Of a stretch of DNA of 64,000 nucleotides, positions 38,560 to 51,879 are shown piece by piece. The stretch lies in NCBI RefSeq assembly GCF_006345805.1, contig NC_043013.1, positions 13,764,001-13,828,000 on the forward strand. Reading direction: 5' to 3'. Origin of the DNA: Octopus sinensis (lineage: Eukaryota). The notes below the pieces were generated by a model. The model saw nothing but the letters and a program-made list of their open reading frames with translations, did not search any database and was not told the origin of the DNA. The first letter of the stretch is position 1. Every line of letters starts with the position of its first letter. The translations under genes were made by a program, and so were the position numbers.

Positions 38560-39041
38560 GTATATATGCATATATATATATACATATATATATATATGTA
38601 TATATACATATATATATACATATATATATATATGTATATATACATATATATATATACATATATATATATTATATATACATATATATATACATATATATAC
38701 ATATATATATATATGTATATATAAGAAAGACGTGTTTGCTTTTGCTCTGTGAAAAAACAGAAAGGTTTGCATAAATCGACGAAATATTCTACTAAATGTA
38801 ACAAAAAGTAGAACTTGTTAACTCATAAAGTCTACTAAAATACTTTAATTGAAAATATATTAATTATAAACGTAATATATTCCGCTTGAAGCCAAATATG
38901 ATCCAGTAAATTTGGTTACGCATGCTAGAATTTTCGCCGAAAAGCACATGGTGGCAAATATTCTCGTGAAAGAAAATTTCTACGTACAAGCACGTGGGTT
39001 TGGACTGTACCGTTCAAGATAGGTATCGCATGCAATTGTCA

Positions 39042-39325
39042 GTTTATTAATTTTTAAGCTAACATCTCAGTTACGATTGTTTGTTAATTAATTTTTTAGG
39101 CTAACATCTGAGATACGATTGTTTGCTTATTAATTTTTTAGGCTAACATCTCAGATACGATTGTTTGTTTACTAATTTTTTAGGCTAACATCTTGGTTAC
39201 GATTGTTTGTTTACTAATTTTTTAGGCTGACATCTCGGATACGATTGTTTGTTTATTAATTTTTAAGCTTACATCTCAGTTACGATTGTCTGTTTATTAA
39301 ATTTTTTAGCTTACATCTCAGTTAC
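39042..39325. repeat. Minisatellite, about 42-bp unit, about 6.8 copies
   Basis: Consensus GTTTATTAATTTTTTAGGCTAACATCTCAG(T/A)TACGATTGTTT, head-to-tail with no spacers; followed by a CT-rich tract to about 39740. Confidence 0.9.
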
Positions 39326-39739
39326 ATATCTTATTCTTTTTCTTATCTCCCTTCCTCCCTTTTATATCCTCCTCTTCTCTCATTTCTCTTTCCTTTCCAT
39401 CTTACATCTACCTCTCCTCTCGTCACCTCACCCTCTCTCTCATATACTTCTCATCCGCCCATTCTTCTCACTCCGTCTCTCCCTCTCTCTCACATCCTTC
39501 ATCCTGTCTCCCCTTCACTCTGTCTCTCTTTCTCTTCCCCTCTTCTCCTTCACTCTGTCTCTCCTTCTATTCCCCTCCTCTCCCCCCTACCTTCCTCTAT
39601 CTCTTTAACACACCACACCCCCTTGCTTTCCTCCTATCACCCTCTCGATTTCTTTCATAGCACCTCTCTCTTTCCTTATTTCCCCCCTCTGTGTTTCTCT
39701 ATCTCTACCTCTCTCTATCCCTCATTACCCCTCTAGCCG

Positions 39740-42700
39740 CTACTGCCCCTCTGGACTTCAAAACGAAGATGGCACCAAGGTGGGAAAAAAAAAGAGTTAG
39801 ATCTTCTTCTAAGAGCATGGAAATTACTTGTGGCGATCCGCCGAACAACATCATCACTGCCGCGCTAAAAAACAATGGTTTTCATAGAACCATTGACCAG
39901 ATAGAGCGGAAGAAAAATGAGTTTATCCGGTCTTACATGCTTATAAGACCACACATAAAAACACTGGACAACATAATTGAAGATTATTGTGGCAAAGCTG
40001 ATGAGGATGAAGAGGACTAAAAAGAGAAGGAAGCCGGAAGTCTTCGTGATCCAGGGGTTCCTCAGGAAAATGGATCACCTACCCTGGTGAACGACCAAGT
40101 AGTGAAGGATAGGGGAGCCAAGGGAGCAGAAACCGGAAGCCCCCCTGTACCAGTGGTCCAACGAAGAAATAAAAAATTAGAAAAATTAGAAAAACAGAAG
40201 AAAAAAGGAAGGACCGAAAACAAAAATAAGGAGGGAAAAGGCAAAACAACCAAACCTGAAACCCCAACCCACCACACAAACAGCAGAGAACCCCATGGAG
40301 GATCCAATGCCACCCAGTACACTTCAGGAAAGAAGAAATCTGGAAGGCACCGAAGAACCTGTAAGTTCTACCTGTGGGGCAAATGTTGGCATGGTGAGGA
40401 CGGCAAAAACTGCCGGTTCGCCCACCCGACACCCCGCCAGAACTTCAGGGGATTCAAAGAGAAAATGTTTACCGAGGGAACACAAGAAATGTCTCCCAGG
40501 AAAACTTTTAAAAACGAAGTGCGCTCCTCAGATGTTCTGCGCAACGCAGCAGCTGAGCAAGAGTCATTTTTATGCATGGCGGAAAGAATTGTCCGGCAGC
40601 TAACCTGGCTACACCAAGCACAGAGAAGGAACCCTGCCCACCACTATGCAAGACCACCACAGTCAACAGACACGGGATGGCCTCCCCTAACGCCTGCACA
40701 GCTGTAACCCAATACTTTTACTAAATATTGGGGGCCTGTTGCATCAAAATAGAAACAAAATTTCTTTCCTGAGAGATCTTACTGCATGCAATCAAGCCCT
40801 ATGCATAGCACTTGTGGAAACTCACCTCAACCTTGATACAGAGGACGCAGAAGTACACATACCAAACTATGCCATACTGCGAACAGACAGAAGGGAAAGG
40901 AGCCATGGTGGAGTTGCTGTATACATCCGAGATGACCTCACACCCCAGGTCTTGATGACATACTCAAATTCGGTATGTGACACCTTAATTGTATACATAA
41001 GACAACATAATATAGCCATATGCAATACATATTGCCCACCGGATGCTTCAAACCACATAGGCAAGTTTGAAGATTGCTTCACAAGAATTAAAGAAATCCT
41101 CATGAATCTGGAACACCACGTGACCATATTTCTTATGGGTGATTTCAACTTCCCCAACGTCAAATGGCCCGAAAGTCACATACTCTCAGGAATGAATCAT
41201 TGCAAGCAAGTACAGGTGGAGTCCCTGCTCAACCTCACCAATGCCTTATTCATGGAGCAAGTTGTACTCAAGCCAACTAAACGAATAACATTCTGGATCT
41301 CTGCTTCACGAACAATATGGACATCATTCATGATGTGAAAGTGACACCGACATCAGTTTCGGATCACAACATAATAGAGCTGTCTATGTTTGGGCCGAAA
41401 GTGACCAGAGACATACAGCCTAAAGGAAGCACCCGAAAATTCTCCAATCTGAACTTCCACAAAGCAGATTGGAAATCGATCCAAAAAGAGATCCTCAGAG
41501 AGGACTGGCCGGAATGTCTCTCAACACCAGACATTGACATGAAACTAGAATGTTTCATGTCTTCTGTGCAAACCGTATGCCAGAAATATGTCCCAGTGCA
41601 CAAGGCCAAAACAAATAGGAGCAAGATTCCAAGAGACAGGAAGATCCTCATGAGACGACGGACGAAGGTTGCAAATCGTCTCAACCAACATCCCAAAAGT
41701 AGCGAAACGTTCCGCCTAAAAACAACACTGATGGAGATCGAAAAAAGGCTGCAACAATCCTATGTGAAGGAGAAAGCAGACAAAGAAGCCTGGGTTATAA
41801 AAAACATTAAACCAAACCCAAAGGCCTTCTTTCATTACGCGAAAGAAACAGTCTCAGTGCACTACAAGATAGGACCCCTCCTCCAAAAGGATGGCTCCCT
41901 CACAGACAGTCCAACTATGATCAGTGAGATGCTGAATGGTCAGTTCAAAAATGTCTTTACCACCCCGTTGGAACACAGACAAGTGAACGAACCAGTGGAC
42001 TTCTTTGCCGCCTCACCTATAACCAGCGAGGCGGTTACAATAGAATGTATTGACATTAGCGAAAAAGATGTCCTACTAGCCATAGATGAAGTGGACACAA
42101 ACTCAGCTGCTGGTCCAGACGGTTTCCCAGCCATCCTCCTCAAAGCATTTAAGCATGCCCTGGCAAAACCCCTCAAGATTCTCTTCCAGAGCTTTCTTGC
42201 GAATGGCAAACTACCAAGCAAGCTGAAAGAGGGAATAATATGCCCAATACATAAAGGGGGAAGTAGAGCAGATGCCAAAAACTATAGGCCTATCTCTCTG
42301 ACTTCACACATCAGCAAAGTCATGGAAAGGATAGTCAGAAAGAAACTAATCGCATTCCTTGAGGAAAATAACTTGCTGAGTAATACCCAGCATGGTTTTC
42401 GACCAGGTAGGAGCTGCCTGACCCCAGCTCTTACAGCATTATGACTGGGTGTTGAGGCAGTTACTCAACAAATCAAATTGTGGACGTAATCTACCTTGAT
42501 TTTGCCAAAGCTTTTGACAAGGTGGATCATGGTATGATATGCCACAAACTACGTGACATCGGCATAGCTGGAAAACTTGGAGTGTGGTTGCATGACTTCC
42601 TGAAAGATAGGAGTCAGGCAGTAGTGGTTAATGGAGCCACCTCTATGAACACACAAATGTGAGCGGTGTTCCACAGGGCACTGTCTTGGGACACTGCTTT

Positions 42701-43735
42701 TCATAGTGGCCCTCTCAGATATTGCCCTCAAATGCCCGGATAGCCACTCTGGCCAGCTATGCAGACGATACGAAAGTCTCGCAGAAAATACAGAACCCCA
42801 GCGATGTTGCACACCTGCAGCAGGAGTTGGACTCAATCTACAGATGGGCTGAGGATAATAATATGCAGTTTAATGCTGAAAAATCCCAGGCCCTGCGCTA
42901 CCAGCCCAAAACTGAATATTAAACTTACAGGATACACCGTCCACAGGTATTTCAATCCCAGAGCCTAAGTCTGTGAGGGACCTGGGTATCGACATGAGTG
43001 ATGATACCTCTTTCCAAGTGCACATTACCAGGATGGCGACAAAGTGCAGACGACTGGCTGGGTGGATCCTAAGAAATTCAAACATTCAGAACCAGAGATA
43101 AGGAAACCATGATGGTCCTCTGGCGGACATTCGTCCTCAGTTGCCTGGATTACTGCTCACAGCTATGGTCATCCACCAGTGTAAAATTAACAGCAGACCT
43201 TGAAGCAATCCAGAGAAAATTCACAAAAAGATCGTCTCTTTGCAACAGCTCAGCTACTGGGAAAGGTTGAAACAGCTAAGACTCCTCCCTGGAGAGAAGA
43301 CGGGAGAGTATGCAATAATATATGTCCTGGAAGATCCTGGAAAGAATTGTGCCAAATTTTGGCATTGTAAGCTACACCAATGCTAGAACGGGACGACACT
43401 GCATAGTGCCCAAAGATCCCAGCAATGCCATCACGCTTCAGGACCAGCTTTCTGCAACAGCATGGGTTTCAAGGGCCCACAGCTTTTTAATATATTCTCC
43501 CAAAGAGTCTGAGGAACTTGCACAAAGTAGATGTAGCGGTTTTTTAAATCAAAGCTGGACATCTTCCTGTCAAGAGTCCCAGATGAACCTACCCACGGCA
43601 AGAGTGCAAATGAGATAGCGTATCAAACTCCATTCTTCACCAAGTGCCACATATTAGACGAGGTCTTCGCATAACAGTGTAGCACAAAACGGCGGTGCAT
43701 CAGCATGGCCGCAGCTCTGAGCTGAAACTAGAAAA
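39740..43735 (+). mobile_element. Near full-length CR1-group LINE (family A): ORF1 region, ORF2 (APE+RT), 3' end
   Basis: ORF1 pieces 39769-40020 and 40087-40707 (CCCH finger). ORF2 APE at 40739-41338 (RTDRRERSHGGVAVYI..MGDFNFP), RT at 41317-43600 with frameshifts. Tail GGCGGTGC..CAGCATGGCC..CTGAAACTAG + A. Confidence 0.95.
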
Positions 43736-43791
43736 AAAAATAAATCTATATATATTATATACATATATATAACATACACACACACCACCAC

Positions 43792-43891
43792 NNNNNNNNN
43801 NNNNNNNNNNNNNNNNNNNNNNNNNNNNNNNNNNNNNNNNNNNNNNNNNNNNNNNNNNNNNNNNNNNNNNNNNNNNNNNNNNNNNNNNNNN
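43792..43891. other. Assembly gap (100 N)
   Basis: Seen directly; a round size implies unknown true length. Confidence 1.
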
Positions 43892-45412
43892 CTCTTCTTT
43901 TATTTTGTTTCTATATCTGGAGGAGGTACCTCAATCCTTTATATATTCGCCAAAATGAAGTAGATTGACAAAATTATTTTTTGAACCTGTTGAAGACACA
44001 TGAGATGTCAAACTATTGTTCCCTTGATGACAATGGCACTCTTCTTTTATTTTTGCTTTTATTATTGTCATTATTATTTTAATTATTAATTTATATTAAA
44101 ACTCCAGGAAACCTACATGCTTAAGGGTTATCTATTTGGAATAAACCAATGGAATATATCTCTAAATTCTTATCTAATAAGAATTATAACAGAATTTATA
44201 TACTAATCATCGAATTTAATCAGGTTTTCAAAAATTATAAGGAAAAAGGTAAACGTTTGGAGAAATACCTTATAACATACCTCTTTATATATATATATAC
44301 ACTTATATGTTTTCTCCCCCTGCACTCATGTGCCATTTTGTATCATTAATAAAGTTGCCTGCATTTTTGAGGACATAGGTATGCTAGTGTATAATACTTT
44401 TCATAACTCCTGTATTGTAGGCCTCTACCACATCGTAGAAATTCGGTGATTATTATTTACTGTGTTATTCTACTTCATAATGAGTATTATAAAGCTGCAC
44501 CAATAATGGCAGAAATACATTTCTGTTTGTTACGAGAGGTCTTCATGGATGGTGAGGCTTTAATGTTGCTTTAGTAACCATCAGTCTTGGAATATTTTCT
44601 CGATAGGTTTAGAGAATGTCTCTTTGTGCTTTTCATTGGAATATGACTAAATTATTCATGTTATCTGTGTAGGGATCTAGATTTTATGTAAATTAATGTG
44701 AAATGTATATCCCTGTATATCTCTAGTATCTCATCCAGATCTGCCAATGCATGAAAGGAATCAGATACAGAGCAAAGTTACCAAACAAGGACTTTGACTG
44801 CTCAATATTTGTTTCAGCTATATTCTTATGGAATGATTTGTTCCAGTTGCAATTATTATCAATCTGAGAGAGAGGTTGTTTGGAATTTTGATTTTAAAAT
44901 GTTAATCATAGCTGTAGGTGCAATTTTCTTTCAAGGTACGTCAAATAAAAGATCAACCAATATATGAAAATTAAATGACTATTCAGTAACATGACCTTTT
45001 AATTGTTCTCTATTTACACTCTTTCGTCTCTTCTTTTTAGTCATTTTTAAAGCTAGTTGTGGGGTATTGTATACATTTCTAAGTCTCATATGACTTTGAA
45101 TTTTACACAAAAGTTTAAATTGATTAAATAAAAATTCTCATATCATCATTTGACACTGTTTTTAGTTAAAAGATTTCTTCCATTCAAATCCTATGTCAAA
45201 ACCAGTGTACCATGCTAAAACTATAAATAAGAAAAAAAGAAATCATGTGTATCTGTGATAATATGGATTGCATAATCTCCATCAGAAAATTGTCACTACT
45301 CTCACCTGTTGTACTATTTACATTCAGTAAGGTCTTCTGTGTATAATCTGTTGTAACAAGTTGGAATTCTGTCATTCCTTCTAACATTCAATATCATTTC
45401 TTTTAATTTCAG

Positions 45413-45444
45413 AAAGACGATAAGGACAGCTTTGAGGATGACAG
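45413..45444 (+). CDS. Microexon B2 (32 nt, phase 0-2), KDDKDSFEDD(R)
   Basis: tttcAG / GTATTG. Flanks homologous to B1 and B3. 19/30 nt match the first ten codons of B1. Confidence 0.75.
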
Positions 45445-46049
45445 GTATTGCATGATATATGTCCTTAAATTTGATAATATATAAGTACATATATATATAT
45501 ATATAGCAGGGTTTCAGTTATGGTATATTGTAAGCTGTGATTATCCTAGTAATTAGTAGACAAAAATTTCTTTAGTAGACAGTGGCACACCAAAAACAAT
45601 AAGTAAGGGAGATAACAAAGAATATCAGTTTTTTTTATTGATTTCTATATACCTCATTTCATATATGTTTGAAATATACTAAATTGCTACTCTTCCAAAT
45701 TCTACCCGATTAGATCACTGGTACTATTTGCAAATAACAGAAAGAAATTAATAAATGTTTTAAAAAATCCAAAATTTGGTTAGCCTTTAATATCCATCAT
45801 CTCTCTACACTTATTTCTCTTAACACAGCTATTAACAATTTCAACAATCACACACAATTTTATTGGTGAAAGAAATTAGATTCTGTGATATTGATTTCTT
45901 AGACTTATGCAAATTAACAGAAGTTAGAACTGGTTTGTGGACTCTGTGGGAAATTCATAGCTTCTACTAATAATGATTTTAATCATATTCATAAACAGTG
46001 TGAGAAAGGCAGAGAGAATGAGGACATGAAAGAAGGATGGAGGGAGAAA

Positions 46050-46166
46050 GAGGGAGGAAGAGAGAGAGAGAGAGAAAATAGATAGATTGATTGATCGACT
46101 GACAGACATACATACAGACAGGCAGGCAGGCAGACAGACAGACAGAAAGACAGACAGATAGATAGA
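46050..46166. repeat. Compound (GA)/(GATA)/(GACA)/(GGCA) microsatellite at the Tx1 3' end
   Basis: Seen directly. Confidence 0.9.
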
Positions 46167-49100
46167 TCACTTTCTTTATTGGCCACACAGGGCTGAACAG
46201 AGAGGGGACAAATACAAATGTAAAGCTTTTCTTTTTGAAAATGAAAAAGAAAAAGGGAAAAATTGAGAATAAAAATGTAAAATTCTTATCAAAAGGGATG
46301 GGTAGGGGATAAAGACGGTCAAAAGTGATCGTGTATCACAGAAGAATTTTAAAAATCTGAAAAGCAAGATTATGTTTATCCGTGGAAAGAAAAGCCTATG
46401 GTATCCTCAGGCAGGGAAGGAATCGACACATGTGAGCAAAGTGCTCTCTCTCTCTGTTTTCGATTTACAGGATCATGCTCAAAGTGGTTTCGTCACTCGC
46501 ATGCACCATCTTTGCTACGTTCACCCACCTTTTTTGAAACTTTCACAAGACAAAACCTGCCTCTCCATTCTCACCTTCCTTTTCAAGTGGTACTTCAAAA
46601 AGTTGATGAGCGATTGGCCAGAGAGGTAAGTGTTTGTCTCTAATCCTTTCGCTCGAGTCTACCACACACTTTCTTTCACCATGGCCACCAGTATGATGAA
46701 GACTGTCTTGCCTTCCAAGTTGAGGGAAGATGGTGGAGCAGTTTTCACGATAGACTCGACCGACAGGCGGACTCGTCTCACACATGACAACAGCCGTTTG
46801 GCATAAGCCCACAGGTCCAAAATGGTTAGAGACTGCATGAGTGCGTGCATCTCAGGCAAGTCGGTCCAGTGTGTCTCGAACCGTGCCTGTAGAGCTTATT
46901 CTGAACAGGTAATGCTTTTCGATAGCACTGCCAAGCCAGGGATCTTTGGTGATTGTCCATAGGTCCCGCCCGAAAGGTGTTCTGAACAGGCAGGTCAAGT
47001 GTTCCTCATCAACGCCCAGATTCTGTCCGAGAATGTCATCGCATCTCCCTCCACTAATTCTCTATAGAATGCCTTTGTTGTAATGAAGTCACACAAGTTT
47101 GGTCCCTGACGGCAGAGTTGCTTGACAGCAACGCGACACTCGCAGTCCCATTCGCCTAGCCTCGGTCTCTGTTTATTCCACAACTGCAATTCAGCCAAGG
47201 AGATGAGCTGCAGGAAAGCACACCACACAAACGGCGACCACACCTGTTCACCGTCGTCTATGAAGTGCCGGAGATGACTCAGTCTCAGCGCATCATCAAC
47301 CACCTCATGCCTAGACCTCCATTTAGCGGGTGTTGACAGCAAATGGACTGCCTAACCATTGGAACGCTTCCCTTTCACAAAAAATGGAAGAGTATGCGTT
47401 CCAGTTTGGTGATGGTAGGGTTGGGACAAGGCACGATGGTCAGATGGTAATCGATGACGGATGTGATGTATGCGACCTTTTAGGCCACTCTAGTCATTAT
47501 TTCGCCCCAGTTCTTCTCCATTTGGAAATCTGGACCGAATCAGACCCTGAGAAATTGAACCGGTTTGTTGGTCAAGCGTCCAACGATGGAGACACTGTTG
47601 GATGGCATGGGCTTGCTTCTCCAGGTGCCGAGCCGCAAGCTCATTGACTTTTCTCGATTAATTTTTGCTCCCATTACCGCTTCATGTTCTTTTAGTGTCT
47701 CTCCGACCAGGTCGATGTCCTTGTGGCTTGACATTATGATGGTGACGTCGTCCACATATGCAGACACACTCTTCTCACATCCCAGCTCTCATAGCATGCC
47801 CCTCGGCGTTGCCAGCTTCCACGGTAGTGGCTGAAGAGTCAAAACATACAGCAGCAATGAGAGGGGGCTACCTTGATGAACCAAACGTATGATGTTAAAT
47901 GATCCGGATAGATGACCATTTACGCGAAATACCGAGCAGATGCCACTGTATAAGGCAGCGATCCAACCACTTGGAGGACAGCCTCCAAGTAGTGATGGTC
48001 TACCCTATCAAAAGCTTTTGATTGATTTAAATTGATCATCACTCCACCCATGCCAGGTTCCTTAACTACCCTGTCTATGATGTAGTGCATCAGATGGAGG
48101 TTTACCCCTCTTGTTTGTCCTCTCTATGTTTAGCCCCTTGTGGGCAATAAAGAAATAAGATGGAGGTTGTCATGGATACTCCTATCCGGCATGGCGCACG
48201 TTTGTGCCTTGTCGACTAGTTTCTTGATGACAGGCGCCAACCTCTTGGCTAACACCTTGGCCAAAATTTTCAAATCTGCATTGAGCAGAGTGATGGACCT
48301 GAAGTTATCTACGTCATTTCCCTTGTTTGGATCACCACTCCTTGCTTTACAAAGACTGGGATATTCCCGTTTTGCTGCCAGTTGCAGTAGACAGCTACCA
48401 AGATGCCTCCAAACAAGTCTGGCATATGGCAATAAAGTTCATAGGGAAGACCATCCAAGCCTGGTGACTTGTCTCTCGCGCAGCTTGCCATCACATCCCA
48501 TACATCTGCAGCTGTGATGGGTCTTTTACAACACTCTGCCTCTCTTGCTGAGAGTCGTGGAAGGCCACGAAGGTAGGCACTACAGAACACTCTGCATTCT
48601 GACCCACCAGTTGTCCTGAACAGTCGAGCAAAGTGTTATTGAAAGGCCTCACACATCTTTTCAGGCTCAAGTATTTCACGCCCCTCTTCATCTGTAAGTG
48701 ACCTAATGGTGGCTCTGTTGCCTCGTTGCACCTCCGCCACTTGGGCCTCTTGGGTGGCTCCAACTCCTTTATTCCTCAAAGCATGCATCCTAGCTCTGAC
48801 AATGTATCCTTCGTGTTTGGTGTTGAAGTGTTGGTCGGGGGCCAACCTCACTGCCAGTACATTGGATGTGATGCCAGATCTAAGTGCCTCTTCTATTTTC
48901 TTAACTAACTCTCCCTCTATTCTATTTCAGTCTAATGCTAGGGCCTTATTGTACCTCACTGATTTTGCTTTAATTGCTTTCTTTAGGGCATACCACCATC
49001 TGTTGTTGATGATGGCACCAGTCAATGCCCTCTTAACTAATGTGCTAATCCAGTCCTTGTAAGCCTGGCGTGCTGTGAACGACATGTTCAGCTTCCAGTA

Positions 49101-49815
49101 ACTGGGACCCTCCCTATATGTCATAACTAAGTCAAGTGTACAAGTCACAAGTTTGTGGTCTGTGTAGCTGACTATATGGAATTGTGGACAACCTACACTA
49201 TCTTTATCCACTGTCCTACAGAATATTCTAAGTACAATCTGGATGACCCAATGTGGTTGTTCCATGTCCACATCAGCACATTCGGGTGGTCCAGTCGGTA
49301 CCTCCCAAACAGTTGAAAACATCTGAGCGGGTCTTTGAAGCATTTGCATCTCCACATAGTCTAGATGAGTGTCCAGGGTAGTGTTCCAATCCCTCAGTAA
49401 AAGTAAAGGTTGAGACGTACCCAGGAAAACCTCTAGACGTCAAAAGAAATCTGGCCGGCCTGTTCAGAATGGTGCATAAACTGTAATCGGTCAAAAAGCA
49501 CACCCATTGCTGCCATTGACATCCAAACAACCAGCCTACCCTCCGGGTCTAGGAAAATTGCTCTTACTTTGAGGTCCCGACACTTCCGAAGAAGCACCGC
49601 GGTGCCACCTCTGCCCATTCTCGGCAGACATGGAGAAAAATGTTGAAATGTCCGCCGAACATGTGCTGGAGTGCCCGCAGGCTGTGGAGTCTGGTCTTGC
49701 TGATAGAGTCTGGTCTGCAGATTTTGTGACTTGATGTCGTTTAACAGGTAGCCTTGTTTCCAAGGTGACCCCAAGCCATGTACATTTATACTGCCAATGC
49801 TGAGCATGTTCCTAT
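46167..49815 (-). mobile_element. Tx1/L1-clade LINE, whole ORF2 span, degenerate
   Basis: SIGSINVHGL..GRGGTAVLL, SYWKLN, KSPGLDGLPYELY, NFRSITLLNADLKILAKVLAKRL, SAYVDDVT; AATAAA at the 3' end. Confidence 0.93.
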
Positions 49816-49880
49816 TGAAAGTTGTGTGTAGACATGTATATATAATGAGTATATATGTACATATTTAATGCGTATGTGTG

Positions 49881-49918
<38 letters not shown>

Positions 49919-51879
49919 TTGTATGTGTGCATATGTGGTCTGACTGAGCTGAAAATATGCACACCTATGTTAAAAGTGCTAGCGAGTTTGCATGGCACCT
50001 TTGAGTTTGCTCAATTGAAAGGCATGGCCTCTGGGACAAAATTCCTCATCTTTTAAAATGTGACCTGCATAGACCCAAATGAAATCGGGTTATAATACCG
50101 AAACAAGCAAAACAATAATAAACTATTTTAATCCCGAGTAAGGCCGGGTATATCTGTCTAATCTATAAAATGAAGAAGGCGAACAGTGATACAAATTGGA
50201 TTTTTATGTAAAAAGGGGTCTAATGGGGCTGGATGGGGATTAAAATTTATAGGAGGGGGTAACTTGAGGTGAGAAATTGATTGGAAGACATTTTGAGGTG
50301 CTACAGTGGTTGCTTTGGTGTGAAAACGGGGATTTTATTGATTCTGGGGGACACTTGGGGGTCTAGATTGGACACCTTTTGCCTGATTTCAATTGAATTT
50401 TCAACATGGTAAAGTGGAAGTGGATTTGTAATTTAAGCGTGGAAATCTAATTTTTTTATAAATGGGAGAGAGATAGATAAAGATAGAGAGTAAGAGAAAG
50501 CAAGGGAGAGTCTGAAAGAAAGGAAGAGTAAGAGAGTGGGAAAGTGAGAGAGAAAGGAGAGAGAAACAAAGAGGGAGAATGTGGTGATAAGTAACAGAAA
50601 GGAAGCAACAGAAAGTAGCAACCACACCCTCACCCATGCGTAGAGTGGGTCACCTTAAGCTAGTCCATTTATATATTTGTTGGCAAGACTTCCACCCGTC
50701 CCCTTCCAAAAACCACCCTTCAAAAAAAATTTTTTTTTCACACAAACCTGCCCCTTTTCGGCTATGGGAAATACGAATCTTCAAAAAAATTGGCAAAAAT
50801 CAGCATTTTTAAATTACCCCCACCCCCATTTCCTTCATTTTTTCACTTTTTTCTGAATTTTTTTCTCCAAAAATATGTGGAAAAATACAGAGATTATGAT
50901 TCTGAAAAAATTTCCAAAACTTTTTGTAAAACTCTTTTTAAGAATTTTTTTATTTTCTAAATATGCGAAAAAATACTGACATTATGATTCAGACAGAAAG
51001 CAGCCACAAACTATCGTATTGAAGTTTGTGTTACACCTGTTTCGTTTTGCACTGAAATCAAATTACAGCCACCAGTGAGGAAATACTCTCGATACAAGGG
51101 CAATCAATTCGCAAGAAAATATAATTCTCGAAATTTGCTAAGATATTATTAATATTGTTATTATCTGGAATGACTATTTTAAAAAATGACAACAGATTTA
51201 ATATATAGGCGATTGCATGCCCAAGAAAAGCATTAAATAGCTGAAGGATTAAAATTAAAATTAATCAATGCCTTCTTTTTTCTGTCGAGGGCTTATATGC
51301 CCCTTTATTAGACTAGTTTCCCTAGTCATTGCACGGTGATCGCCATAAGCTTTAAGCTTATATAAAAATACCATTATTATAGATATCTATCTGTCTATCT
51401 GTTTATATATATATATATATATATATATCCATCCTGCTGCTTTCATATTTTTAAGCGTTTATTTGGATACCTTGATCTGTTCCCCTTTCGTTTCTCTATC
51501 TCTAAAACATGGCGTCTTCATGCATTTTTAAAGTTTATCTTTTCTTTCAGCGCCATCTTCGTTGTTTATTCCATTCTCCTTATGCCCCCCCGTATCATAT
51601 ATCTTATCGTATTTTTTTTTATTATTCATTTATTTTCATTCTCTCTCTGGCTTTCATTCATTTATCTAATTATTTTTCCCCTCAAATATAGTATTCAAAC
51701 TAGTTGCTTCGATTTTCTCGCCCGCCCTCCGACCCCCACCCCCTCCACCAATTACGGGAAGTTTCTACCCAAATACCGGAAGTTCTACCCCTGCCTTACT
51801 TAACTACCCCCTCCCCCACTAGCACCTATGTAGGGTTTGTCTGATCATACAGCGCAAAAAATTGTGAAATGTATGCAGG

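Noticed and set aside
39042-39325. CRISPR-like array (also the 62-bp RTE UTR repeats)
   Set aside because: Head-to-tail repeats with no unique spacers, eukaryotic context, no cas genes.
44224-44248. Possible extra 25-nt phase 2-0 microexon (FSKIIRKK) upstream of B2
   Set aside because: Weak pyrimidine tract and no homology to A-type flanks; cannot be supported without RNA data.
50120-50165. Helitron 3' hairpin (CCCGAGTAAGGCCGGG)
   Set aside because: The terminal CTAG is imperfect and no 5' end or Rep/helicase could be defined; left unannotated.
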